This document shows positions 29,990 through 43,016 of a stretch of 64,000 nt of DNA, piece after piece. Each line of letters begins with the position of its first letter. Within the stretch, counting starts at the first letter, position 1. The notes beneath the pieces are model-generated. The model was not told the DNA's origin, made no database searches, and saw nothing but the letters and a program-made list of their open reading frames with translations. The translations under genes were made by a program, and so were the position numbers. Source of the DNA: the human T2T-CHM13v2.0 reference genome, Homo sapiens; assembly GCF_009914755.1 (NCBI RefSeq), contig NC_060932.1; one strand, 5' to 3'.

Positions 29990-30322
29990 ACAGTTGCCGG
30001 AGTCTGGTAAGGGTAGTGGGAGGGTGAGAGGAGCTGGGGATGGTTAATAGGTATCAAAAAAAATTAGTTTAAAAGAATGAATAAGACCTAGTATTTGATA
30101 GCACAATAGGGTGACGGCAGTTGATAATAATTTAATTGCACATTTAAAAATAACAGAGTATAATTGGATTATTTGTAATACAAAGGATAAATGCTTGAGG
30201 GGATGGACACCCCATTATCCATGATGTGAATACTACACATCGCATGCCTGTATCAAAACATCTCACGTACCCCATAAATATATACACCTATTGTGTATCC
30301 ACAAAATATAAAATAAAAAAAA
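29990..30322 (+). mobile_element. L1MA2/3-like 3' end
   Basis: gaatgaataagacctagtatttgatagcacaatagggtgac...tgcctgtatcaaaacatctcacgtaccccataaatatatacacc. Confidence 0.9.
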
Positions 30323-30694
30323 TTAATTGGCTGACAGCCATGACTCCTGGGGAATAAAAAGGGTTTGGGGTAAAGAAGGGTTTTCACCTTTTATTATATA
30401 TACTTCAGTGTTATTTCAATTTTATTGATTACTTAGTTATAAGATAAGATTATTTTATAAAATCAGATTCTTACTTAGACTAATGCCAACATGCTGACCG
30501 TATGCCCATCCAATTGTTTCTTGAGTTTTCTCTCCTTCCTCCTCCTCTCTGTCTCATCCCTGCCAGTCACTTCTCACACAAACGCTAGAAGAAGAACCAG
30601 GAGATCAATTATTTCCAAATTTCTATATTTGGCATCTTCTGGCAATAAGGGATACCAAAACTGGCGACCGGGAGGCTTTCAAATGGCCTGTGGC

Positions 30695-30979
30695 CTCACA
30701 CTTTTGGGTGCCTAATAGACAGTATGTGTACCTGCCACTGGCCTTCTCTAGTCAGTAACTTCATCACGTGACTTTTAAAGAAGTAAGTTTAGATGCCAAA
30801 TACATATTCAGAAACACTCCAGGCTCATGCAGAGAATGTCAGGCTCAGAATGTGTCTTAGAGGACACCTAGTTAAAACAAGTCACTTTCCAAACAAAAGA
30901 CAGAAGCTCATGACATGCCAGAAATCACAAAACAAAGGAGAGAGAAGTCTTTTAAAATTACAGAAACAAATTTTTTCTG
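30695..30979 (+). repeat. Dispersed direct duplication, copy B
   Basis: Partner of 27745-28028; both copies give the shared ORF start YSETLQAHAENVRLR. Confidence 0.95.
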
Positions 30980-31090
30980 TTTTATTGTTTATACACCATG
31001 GAATTTATTTAGGAATTCTGTTCCTATGTGCCTGAAAATGTGTATAATAAGAATACTTTTCTTACATGGTCATGGACAAACTATACATGA

Positions 31091-31664
<574 letters not shown>

Positions 31665-33617
31665 TAATCAATCTTTTATTTTTTTTTCAAAAGAGAAGTA
31701 AATCATGTGCATAAACACCTAGTTTAAAAAAAAAAAAAAGAAGTGGGAATTCTTAGGAAACTAAGCCAAGATTTTCTAATTTCAAAGTTGAAGAGGGTTT
31801 TCATCATTCTGACATACTTCATTCTAGAATTATGGCAGCAAGTATAAAACAGCATTAATTTGCACAAAATTACAAAGGTAATATTACAGTACATCACTTA
31901 TTTTCTAATTTTAACTTAGTTCCAAGGCTTTGGGGGGGACAAAAAAAGCATTCTTTTTTCAATACTCCAAGAAATTTAAACTATTAGAATGACTCTCAGA
32001 TACCAACTCATGAATCACACATCACACTCCCTGATTTTATATTAAATGATTAGTGAATTTAAATTTTAATAATGTTTATCTATAGATTTACTAAAATATT
32101 TTTAATCATTAAGAATAATTTTAAATCTATAAACTTTATTGTATAACTACATGTTCCTTTTAAAATAAATTTATAAAATATATATCAATATCATAGAAAT
32201 ATAATATTGTATCGTATAGGATATCAGAGATACTTACTACATAATGTCGCTAAGTTATTTTCCTGACAGACTTGATAAGAATGACAGTGACTCCAACACC
32301 GTGTTAATGATAGTCTATTTGCTGACTTTTGTGAGGGAAGTGCAGTTGGTTTGACTTCTTACATTTCTTAAGACCTGGTTATTTACAGATTTGCTGGTCA
32401 TAAGACAGCTTTGATGATCAAATATTAAGGGATATTTAACCCAAGAAGAAATAGGATTTACTATATACTCAGTGCCAACAATTTGCCAGGCTGTACACCA
32501 ACATGATCCCATTAAATATGAACAACAAACCTCCGACGCAGTTAGCAATAGATCCAGGGTGGAAATGAAGAAACTAAGACACACGTAGATTAAGTAAACT
32601 GTCTAAAACAGAACCAGAAAGTACCAGCCACATTTTAAATACCTGCCAGTCACCCCGTGCTTTCCCAATGTTTGGAGGACATCGCATGCCCTACAAAATT
32701 AGGGCTCTTCTGCAGAGATGGAGGTGATAAGCCTCCAATCACCAAACCAAACCATGTGAGGCCAGGAAGGGCAGACCCTCAGGGGCTGCAGCTGGGCATG
32801 GCTAAATGCTGTAACCCAGGATTTTTTCCTAGAAGTAACACTTTCTGTGAAAGGGGAAGATTTCTGGCTCTTATCAATGGAAGTCACTGTCTTCCATCAA
32901 AAAAACAAATGATTTAATCTCCCCCTCCCTCTGTAACAGAGTTCACAGAGAACAGAAACTTGGTCCACATAAAGAAAGGCAACTCCTGAAGAAACTAATA
33001 GCTACGAGACCCTTTAAGGACACAAATCCACGTTAAATTCTAGGCTACTGCAAAGCAGCACTGTGGCTAGACCTACGGTGATAATTGGCAAAGACGTGCC
33101 ACTGAGCTTCCAGCTTTGAGAAATTACAATCAGAGACTGGAATTTTTCTGTGTTTAATTATTAAAAGCTTTGATGCTTTCATAATGCCAGTGAGACTGGA
33201 AAACAGAAAAATGATCCATCAGTACACAAAATAGGAAGATGAAGAATATTTAGGCAGTCCATGCTGAGATGTTTTTTATAACTCGGCTACATGATGGAAG
33301 GGTTAGGAATTCCTTAGAGCCAAGTTCACAGTTAATGACAGAAACATGTAGTAAATGATACAGGCTTTGTAGCTTTTAGAATATATTAGGTCAACAAACA
33401 TTTTCCAGGTCACTATCTGGAGCAGATGCATTCCAATTAGTAGGCTCAGTGGGAGCCTCACCCATCCCATAACGTCCTTTATTAATTCTTATCTGGGTGT
33501 GCCACATATTTCATTTGCTTTACTGTTTCTTAAATATATTTGGCCTTTAATGTTTAAATATCATTATTGTGGGTAAATCAGTGCAGTTGAATTGCTTTTA
33601 GAGGATTCGGGACTGTG

Positions 33618-33824
33618 TTTTCTTTGATGATTAACATTGAAAATGTGAACTTGTAACACATTTAAAGTGAGGAAATTCAATGTTAATTTCTGTGGTTTTT
33701 ATCACTTTTGAAAAAAAGTCATTTTTCCTTTGATGATAACATTGGAAATGGGAACTGGTAACACTCTTAAAGTGGGAAAACCTGATGATAACTTCTATGG
33801 TTTTATCACATTTGGAAGAAGTCA
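33618..33824 (+). repeat. Old tandem duplication, ~105-bp unit x2
   Basis: ctttgatgat...aacattg..aatg.gaact.gtaacac...ttttatcac.tttg.aa.aagtca starts at 33622 and again at 33728. Confidence 0.9.
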
Positions 33825-34753
33825 CATTGTAGATCATTAGAATTCAATGTGTTTATGCTGTGATAATTTACTGATGATGAAGTCAGAAGAACCCAAAATA
33901 AAATATAATAGAGAACTAAGTTCAAGTGAGGACCTATAGAGAATGAGAACACGGAACTTTCAACGAGATACACATTCCAGGGTTGTATGTGATTCCTGAA
34001 ATCAGATTTCACAATCTCTTACAAAGAAGTTTCTTATTTGTCAATTACAACTCAAAAAAGCTGGAAAAAAGTTTCTGATGTACAGGAAACAAAGAATAAT
34101 TAAAATATTAATGGATTATCTAACTTTTTTTTTTCTACATTGCATTCCGGAACGACATTCCCAACACACAGACTTCTACGCACAGAACAACGAAGAAAAA
34201 AAAGAGAAAGAAAAACTATTTTCTGCAAGAAGTCAAGTGATGAATGTTGTCCTAAAACAGTCTGCGGAGGCGCAGGGGAGGAAGTGGGGGTGGGCAGTGC
34301 GACCAGGAGGAAGCTTCAGGGCTCCTGGGCAGGGGAGTGTGAGGCCTGAGGTCATTAACAGTAAGCACTGACTGGCAAATTAATAACATCAATTTAAACA
34401 GTTATAATTCCACAGGATCCTCTATCAAGCTGATTCTAAATGAGAAACTTTTCTTTACGGATATGAAATGTTTTCTTCTCCATATCAAAAAGGAGACAGG
34501 GGATTTGTATTTAATTTTTTCCCTTTAGTGTAGAAGGGAGGAAACCCACGAAGCTGCAGATGGCCACTGTGGACTTCTCTCCACGGGGTGAAATCACCAA
34601 CTGCCCCTTGAGTGTGTCTTCAAGTATCGAAGCCCTGAGAACTTACAGAAGCTTTGTGGCCACCTGCGCCCGGTAGTGGGGACCATCTGAGGTTTCCTGT
34701 GCCTGGCACCAGCACGCACAGCCAGACCTCACTGGCAAGGCCCAGTGTGAAAG

Positions 34754-35263
34754 TGAGGGACTAAGTGGCTAATCTGGCTGGACTTCCTGGGTCAATAGGG
34801 ACTTCCCTAAGGGGGCTTTTCCCTAAGCCAGAATGAGTCACAGCTGCAAACTAAGGGACTGAAACTTCAACCAATCATATAGGAAGTTTAAGCTCTAGTT
34901 GCAGCCTGATGTTTTTAACCAATCAGGCCCACCAACCCACAAGCAGATACAAAATAAACTAACTCTATAGGACAGAAAAAGGAAAAGCGGAGGGGTTATA
35001 AGGAGATATAAGCATAAGACACCCAAGCCAGAAACAGCAACTCTTCCGGGTCCCCTTCCACCTCTTGGAAGTTTTACTGTCGCTTTTGCTTTCCTTTCAC
35101 TTTCATAAATCTTGCCGCCGCACACTCTTGGGGTCCGCGCCTTTCTCTAATTCAGCTGTAACACTCGCCGCTGCAGTCCACGGCTTCATTCCTTGAAGCC
35201 GGTGAGACCAGGAACACTTCCATCGAGAAAAAACCTTTGATCAGGAGAAGACTTCTTGTCTCA
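34754..35263 (+). mobile_element. ERV1 solo LTR (resembles the LTR12/LTR17/LTR30 group; exact family not identified)
   Basis: TG...CA ends; TSD AAAG; gctggacttcctgggtc; two CCAAT boxes; TATA-like; gctgtaacactc...cggcttcattccttgaag..gtgagacca. Confidence 0.85.
34798..35012 (+). promoter_or_regulatory. LTR U3 promoter motifs: kB-like GGGACTTCCC, AP-1 TGAGTCA, 2x CCAAT, TATA-like
   Basis: GGGACTTCCC 34798-34807; TGAGTCA 34834-34840; CCAAT at 34871 and 34919; TATAAG at 35007. Activity is not shown. Confidence 0.45.
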
Positions 35264-35683
35264 AAAGGAAGATAACTCTTGGGGCCCCAAAATTACTAAA
35301 CTAAAGGGAAAGGTCGAGCTGGGAACTGCTTAGGGCCAACCTGCCTCCCATTCTATTCGAAGTCACCTCTCTGCTCACTGAGATAAATGCGAATCTGACT
35401 GGCTTCTTTGGAAAAGCTAATTAGAAACTCTAAAGAGCGCAACTGTTTGTCTCTCACCTACTTGTGACCTGGAGGTCCCCTCCCTGCTCCAGTTGTCCCA
35501 CCTTTCTGGATGAAACCAATGTACATCTTTCATTTGTTGCTTGATGTCCCATGTCTCCCTAAAATGAATAAAACCAAGCTGCGCCCCGGCCGCACTGGGT
35601 ACACGTCGGCCGGACCTCCTGAGACTGTCAGGGGCGCGCAGCCTCAACTTTGTTAAAAATAAACATTCTAAATTAACTGAGAC

Positions 35684-36459
35684 TGAAACTGCCTTTGCAG
35701 AATTATAACTGAGGAAATTATGTCAGTGACAGAAATCAGACCTAACCAACTCTATGTTGCTTCTAACCTTTAAGTTGTCCTTGTTCATTCCTGGGCATAG
35801 GCTGAACTAAATTTGCGAAGGAATTCAGTTCACAGTTTGACTCTGAAACAAAATTGTTTACAGCCCTTATCAACTGATAGAGCCCTTATCAATTGATCAA
35901 TTGATAACAGCCCAAGAAGACCCCCATCTTACCTGGTGTCCAGTCTGCTTTGCAGGACTAACAAATTAGCTACAAGTTTAGGACTTACAGTTTAGGAGAC
36001 ACGCAGCCTCTGGCTCCAAGAGTATGAACCTTCCCAAATTGCTTCTGGGGATCACATTACTATTGTAAAACCTAAGATCTAAGATCGGTGGTTGTGATAT
36101 GTTGCAGACCCTGCACTCCATGGATCAGCTGATACCACCAAGACTTTTAATCTGGCCCGACCAGTTTTGCCATTGCACCCAGAAACAGAAGACAGCAAGA
36201 AAAACTCACTTTGACCCCCTGTGATTTCATCTTCAACCTGACCAGTCAGCACTACCCACTTCCCAAGCCCCCACCCACCAAATTACCATTAAAAACCCTG
36301 ATCCCCAAATGCTCTGGGAGACTGATTTGAGTAATAATAAAACTCCAGTCTCCCACACGACCGGCTCTGCATGAATCACTCTTTCTTCATAGCAATGTCC
36401 CTGTTGATAAATTGGCTCTGTCTGGGCAGGGGGCAAGGTGAACCCACTGCATGGTTACG
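35684..36459 (+). mobile_element. LTR8 (ERV1) solo LTR
   Basis: tgaaactgcctttgcagaattataactgaggaaattatg...gggcaaggtgaacccactgcatggttac; TSD AGAC. Confidence 0.92.
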
Positions 36460-36944
36460 AGACCTGTCTCAGCTATTCAGCATTCACACCAGAATGGTGC
36501 CAAACACCCATCACAGGACAGCACCCTAGCGAAGACACAAACCAACATAGTAACATAGATTTCACTTGCTTAACCTGTGCACCCCACCTCCATGGGCACA
36601 CTGGAAGCAGGAGGTCTCCCACTGATGGTCAGTGCTGCAGGGAGGCCAATGATCCACAATTGTGGGATGGAGACTGGGGACGGGCCACCTTCTGCTGTCT
36701 TTCATCAATTTATACTGCACATGTCCTTGAGGCTTTCTGTATTTGGTTTTCTTCTATCTCCTTATTAGATTCTGAGGGTTTATTAATCATTGGTCGGTTA
36801 CTTCACTCTCCTGGAAGCTGCTCCTCTCCGTTTGAAAAGCCAACAAAAAAATAAACATACAACTCTTTTCTCATAGAAACAGGCAACACTTCATTCTGGA
36901 GATGTGTCCTAACCTGGGGTAGGAGATGTCCAGGACAAGTAAAG

Positions 36945-37110
36945 TGGATGTTGGCAAAGATCAGTCCCAGGACCACAGCATCTGTCTCCTGGGAATGGGT
37001 TAGAACACAGGCTCTCACGCCCACACAGACTCTGCTGGAAGAGACCCTGCAGGTGAGGACCTACACTGTCAAGCTGATGTTGGTGCACATTCGAGTTTGA
37101 GAGCCACTGG
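36945..37110. mobile_element. MER5A-like hAT-Charlie element
   Basis: gtcccaggaccacagcatc...cctgggaatgggttagaa...agtttgagagccactg. Confidence 0.65.
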
Positions 37111-37814
37111 CCTACAAAATATATATACCCTGGCCTCCAAAATCATAGTTCAAGTTTTAGCCAAAAATCAGTCAATCTCCTGTGATTTTTTTTAACAATC
37201 CTAGTTATCTGATTCACCCAGAGAAATGCTTCTCTGATCCATCTTTGCATCTGCTGCAGAAACAAAGGATATTTAAAGTTCCTGCTATCCCTGGAGGTGG
37301 CTGTCCGGCCCCCTCCAGGATCAAACCCATGGCCTTACAGAAAGCTTCTAACACTACAGGCCCCGCTCCAGGTTATTCTCATGCGGCTCCCTCTGCTTTT
37401 CAGATTTCTTATTCTAGACTTCTTTCTTTCTGGCAGTACAAGCCTCTCCCTTCCTTCTTTATCCTTCAGCTTCAGCCACCTGAAAAAAAATCTCCAATCT
37501 GGAAAATCTAAACCAACCACCTTTTCTGAAAGGACACAGTTTTCCAAGCATTAATGAAAAAAAAAAAAGAAAATCATAAAAACTAACTTCAACTGCAGAC
37601 TTCTCCCTCCACCAGAAACCCTTTGGTTTTCCTAGTCAGTTTTCCTTCCTTTCCACAGAGGGATTTTCTAATTGTTTCTACTTTCCCACACCACATGCAA
37701 CACCCAAAGTACCTGTATGCATATTAGAACCACTCACCCCCTTTACTTAGACTACTTATAAGGAAGATATTAAATAATAGGCAGTCATGATGAATAAATT
37801 TAAGAAAGGTATAT

Positions 37815-38035
37815 TCAGCATTTACTATGTGCCAGCTACCAAGTCTTGACATATATTGTCTCATTTAATCTTTACTCTGAAGTAGATGGTATTTGTACTA
37901 TCATTATTTATCATTCTTATTATTATTGTTACTGTTTTGCAGATGAAGAAACCCAGACACTGCCAGCAAATGGTGAAGGCAGAATTAAATTCAGGTACTC
38001 TGACTCCAGAGCATGCACAGTTAAACACTATTCTG
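37815..38035 (-). mobile_element. MIR SINE
   Basis: agcatttactatgtgccag...tctcatttaatct...ttttgcagatgaagaaac...tctgactccagagc. Confidence 0.8.
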
Positions 38036-38756
38036 TCTTGCAAAGCCTTGTGATATTGGTAAATGCCACTGCTTTGGGAAAGGGATGCTGTCACTTGAGC
38101 AAGTACCACATTTTATATTCTTCAGGTGATTTATAACATCTCAAGAGCAGTGGACAAGACCTCAAAATGGTTCCTCAACAGTCTTCACATGCATCTGGCA
38201 AACACTGTCAGGCCAGCACTCCCACCCCCACCTCTGGAGAAAAGTTTGCACTCTTGGTCGGGGACCCCTGCGGAAAAAGTGCCCTGAGAAAACAGCAGCT
38301 CCTCCTTGAAAGGCATGTTTCTGCATGGCTGACAGGTGCAATCCCGTGGAGGAATGCATGAGTAAGAATGATCTGAGAAGACTCGTGAATTACTACAAAT
38401 TAGGGTCAGTTTTTAATGAGGAGACGAGAACGTGAACCAAGTAAAAACTTATGTGGATGGTAAACAGTACCTTCGATTTGGAACTAAAACATCTGCGATG
38501 ACTCTATTGGGAAAGTTGCAAGACAACTATGAATGCACATATGCCATTCCACATGCTCTCCAAGGTTTAAAATTTAAAACAAACAAACAAACAAACACAT
38601 TGCTTACTCAAACCCCCTCCTATATTCTATTTTTACAGATAACACATCTCATCTCTTTTAGCTTATCTCCAAACCTTCAAAGACCATTGTTACAAAGCCC
38701 ATGCTTGCTTTTTCCTCTTGAAGCTTTAGCTCTCCACATGGAAATATGTCTTCTTT

Positions 38757-38888
38757 CTTTCATCCCATACCCCACAACCTCATGCCCACACACTGTCCAC
38801 TCATCCTTGCTGTATACTTATACTTTCATCCCACACACCACAGCCTCACACCCACACACCATCAACTCATCCTTGCTGGATACTTATA
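38757..38888 (+). repeat. Tandem duplication, 66-bp unit x2
   Basis: ctttcatccca...cccacacac...actcatccttgctg.atacttata starts at 38757 and 38823. Confidence 0.93.
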
Positions 38889-39015
38889 TCCTAGTGCAAG
38901 TAGGGTAAGTTTCGGGATTCATGTCATTATTGGTAAGTGTTACAGGCTCTGTGCATGCGCTGTATCATGAATATTTCTGTCTCGTACAACTCATATTGTT
39001 TTAAGAATTCCTGTT

Positions 39016-39195
39016 TTAGCCGGGCATGGTGGCATGTGCCTGTAGTCCCAGCTACTTGGGAGGCTGAGGCAGGAGAGTTGCTTGAACCCGGGAGTCAGAG
39101 GCTGCAGTAAGCCAAGATCGCGCCACTGCACTCCAGCGTGGTTACAGAGTGAGAGTCCAACTCAAAAAAAAAAAAAAAAAACAAAACAAAAAAAA
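39016..39195 (+). mobile_element. Alu right arm only (FRAM or truncated AluJ)
   Basis: tagccgggcatggtggcatgtgcctgtagtcccagc...gaggctgcagt...A-tail. Confidence 0.93.
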
Positions 39196-39529
39196 CAGAA
39201 TTTTTATTGTTGTTGTTGCTTTTGTTTCATCTGTACTTATCACCAACACATTCCCAACCTCTTCTTCCACTTTCAACATCTACACTTAATATGTTCAAAT
39301 TCAGCAGATTCCTATCAATTTCCTCTTCTGAGGATGTCTCCTGGGGAGCCTTCAGATCTGCTGTCAACAAAACTAGCACAGTCATTGTCTTCTCCCTCTT
39401 TTCATGTGGAGCCTGGGAATTCATTTTTTGAACCTTCTTGAATGCATTCCCAGTTTCCTTGACCACCTCCACCCCCAACACACCATGTTCTCCTTTCTTG
39501 GCTAATTTCCTCTTTTAGGTAGATGTACT

Positions 39530-40800
39530 GAGACAGGTGCATGGGAGATAAAAATTGTGAAGTTTTGTATTGTGAAAAAGTCTAGGAGTAAATGACATTT
39601 TGTCAGGGCATAGGAATCCGATTTTGAGATTGGATTCCATCAGAATATTTTAGGTTATTTACTTTACGTTTTTTATTATTATTATTACTGACCTACTCTG
39701 ACTTGTTTCCTCTCTGGAAATTTGGTAGGATATTCTCTTTTGTCCCAATGTTCTGAAATCACCTAATGACATTTTGTTATACAAGTCCATTTTCATTCAG
39801 TATTCAGTTTTCTTGGGCCCTTTCAATCTGGAAATAACCATCCTGGAAAATTTCTTCAACAATTTAATTTTCTCCATTTGTTACTCCAACTTTATTTTCT
39901 AAGTTGTCTCTGACACCTTTTCTTTCCTAGATGGTTCCTGCTTTTTCATAGCATTCTGTTCTTGTTTTGTGAATATAATATATCCTTTTACTTCTCAGGT
40001 AATTTTAACAATTATATATTTAAGTTCTTATATCTTACAAATTTTCAGTTTCTTCCCAGTTGCTTTACCCTATGTGTTTATTGGGAATTTTGCCTTTCTT
40101 GTCACAAGATTTTTATGGCAGTCTGCTTATATTAGAAGAAAATGATCGAACCTCCTGAGTGTGTGTGTGAGAGGAGGGCTAGGGCTGCTCCATCACCATG
40201 GAGTCACTGTCAGTAAATCAAGCTTGCTTATTTTACTGAAAAAGACCCAACATCTTTTCCTTAGTTCTTTCTTTCTCTTGAGTGGCTCAGGGTCCCTCAC
40301 TTTCTTCTTGTCAGTCTAGTATGTAAGTTTGGAGAGCCAAGGATGTCTATATTCATGCAAACGATTAGTTTAACATCTTCATTCTGGTATAATCCCCAAA
40401 TATGCCTAAGGTCTTCTATTCCAAAGACCCCCAGTAATGGAAGTGGAATTTGATCCTAATTCCTTGTAAAATATACTTTTGATCAACTTTTTTACTCTGC
40501 CTCACCGTCATCCTCAGTTTAGTGCAAAAATTTCCGGTTCTGCCAATTGCTGAAGCTTTTGAGTGTACCCTGAGGCGAGTTGATTTGATTCTTGGCTTTC
40601 TGAAGTTTTGCATTAGGATTCTTCTTTCCTGGTTCTTTTAAATCAATTACCACTGACCTTATGTTTTCTAACTTGCAAAATTGTATTACGCTCTTGTCTT
40701 CTACCATTTAATTTGTCCTTGTGAACTTGTGACTTTGAAGTAATCATTTTGTGATTATAATGTAATTTTAGTGGAATTTTGGAGGGGAGTAGATAACACA
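39530..40800 (-). mobile_element. Ancient HAL1/L1M-type fragment
   Basis: tgttctgaaat...gggccctttcaatctggaaa...ctggaaaatttcttc are typical HAL1 antisense motifs; boundaries are uncertain. Confidence 0.5.
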
Positions 40801-41841
40801 TGAAAGTATTTTGTCTATCAACTCAAAGGAAGATTTTGAGGTGGTTAACATTTTTCTTTGTAACAAAATCTGTCAATGCTTACAAATTATATATTTGTAT
40901 ATATAATATTGTACTATGTGCTATATTATATATATATTATTTAACTTAGAAAGAGTGTTCATATGCTGAGATAGGTAGAACAATGCATTGGATGGACGAA
41001 TTAATTATTCAGGCTTTCTGAATATCATATCTAATCTATAAAATAGAAAACATTATACTTTGGTCTTAAAAGTCTCTCCCTGCTGTTGGAATCTAGCATT
41101 AATGACTCCACTGGCTCAAGCGTGATTGGATTTGTCCTAATCCTTTTTAGAAATGCCTCAGAGAAGTGTGATTTCTAACTGCTGTTAAAAGGAGAACCAC
41201 TGCTTATTCATTTACAAGTTATAATCATAATGTAGATTTTAGACAAAAGACTAAGAGTAGTACATCAAAAGACTTCATAGTTAAATAGAGACGCCATTTC
41301 TATAAGTATACGGCATGTGGTGTGGCTGAGTACAGAAAGGTAGGAGATGAACTGTAGGAACTGAAGAGGCTGAATCTACACAGAGCTTCCTGTAATGTGA
41401 GGTCTGACTGTGCTTTCATCTTCCACTTGGTGACACCTACACGCTCCTCAAAATAATATTCTAATCACATCCCTTAAGCCTTCCTTGAGCTATTTGTACC
41501 ACCTCTCTCTCAACTACCCCTGAGGTCAAATATACGATTAAACTTCTTAAAAAATAAAAGTTTGAAACCAAATATTTTCCCCTTGGATATTCACTAAACA
41601 TTATGTTTAATATCAACGCATTTTGTCTTTAACTGTAGAAAATATTTTTCTCATATATTGATAAACTGCATAGTCCCTAATGCTTAGTTTTACACTTGAG
41701 AATAGGTACAGCTTCTTGACTAGTTCTCAAGTAAATAAAACTTAAAATGTTAGATAGACTTCATTTATTGCATCCCTTGCAAAAAATATACTATCAGAAC
41801 AATGCAGTTGTTATCAAGATTAAATTAGTATACAAATGTGA

Positions 41842-42093
<252 letters not shown>

Positions 42094-43016
42094 CTGTGAC
42101 AATTTCTATCAGAATCCCTTCTTGATGGCATAACAAAGGTAAAAGCAAAGCATTATAGATTCTTCAAAAACAGGTAAAGAATCACATATGGATCCCCAAA
42201 GTCTGTCTTGACAGTAAGAACGACATTTCTACAGATCGGCTGTTGCCTGTTTGTTTATGCAGGTAAAATTTGTCATGGATTTTTTTTTTTTTTTTTTTTT
42301 TTACGGGGTAGTAATACCCCTTTCTAACATCTAGCACTGCTGGATTATGAAAATTTTATCCAAGGTGATGTTTATTCTCTGAAGGTAAACTCAGACTGAG
42401 CAAGACACAAAGGAGAATATAAATGTCCTTTTCTGTATTTCTTGTAGAATACATCTTGACTTTGTGCCTATTCTCTAGTATGGTGTCTGAAAATGATGTT
42501 TACCCATAGAAACTATTTTTATTTAAAGGAAGAAAATTCCATTTAACTTTTACTTTAACAGGAACATGGGTAGTATAATACATTTTATTAGACATTCCCC
42601 TGTTTCTGGGTATAATTTTAAAATGCAAAGGGGGCAATAAATAAGGCCCTTTGTGCTATAGCATACATCATCAATGGCTGATAATTCATTCCAGCACAGT
42701 GTTTGGCATTCATTCTAAGCCAAATAAATATTCTATCTTCACAACTCATGACAAACCTGATGAGCCTCGCAACTCAATGTGGGGCTTCCATGCACTTCCG
42801 CTGTCACGTGTGAATCAAAATGTTGCAGAGATAGTGTTGATGTTCTCTACAATCCGTTTAAAAAGACACAAACTGTGTGTGAATGTAAAGAAGAATTGAT
42901 ATAAATGCAGATGATAGACAGTTTGTAGCTCAAGACAACTAGCATATATGAAATTTATTCTATTTCTAGAAAGATTATCTTTTATTAACAAATCCTGAAG
43001 ACTATGGTAAAAGTCA

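Larger units (their letters stand above)
28030..30460 (+). mobile_element. Ancient L1 (L1ME-like) 3' region fragmented by three later insertions
   Basis: Degenerate L1M motifs (ttagtcatcaggga; ccagcaactaaacttctg; ggaaacaacccaaat; ttggtacatccaca) resume after each nested element. Confidence 0.6.
34746..36488 (+). mobile_element. MER4A1-like ERV1 solo LTR, split into three pieces (34746-34753, 35264-35683, 36460-36488)
   Basis: TGTGAAAG|GAAGATAACTCTTGGGGCCCCAAAAT...AATTAACTGAGAC|CTGTCTCAG...TTCACA; TSD CCAG on both sides. Confidence 0.92.

Noticed and set aside
27745-30979. Direct repeats as the LTRs of a novel retroelement, or paralogous small genes (ORFs 27843 and 30793)
   Set aside because: No TG...CA ends, primer-binding site or outer TSD; the interior is unrelated older TEs; the ORFs diverge outside the duplicated unit and overlap a MIR relic.
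33728-33790. C/D-box snoRNA-like TGATGA...CTGA
   Set aside because: Too short, no terminal stem, and the D box is absent from the sister copy of the duplication.
38432-38908. Longest ORF (158 aa)
   Set aside because: Non-ATG start, runs through an (AAAC)n tract and a 66-bp duplication, and has no recognisable domain.
42280-42323. T-run plus GGGGTA-GTAA-TACCCC hairpin resembling an intrinsic terminator
   Set aside because: The context is eukaryotic, the long T-run lies 5' of the hairpin rather than 3', and a 6-bp stem is expected by chance.
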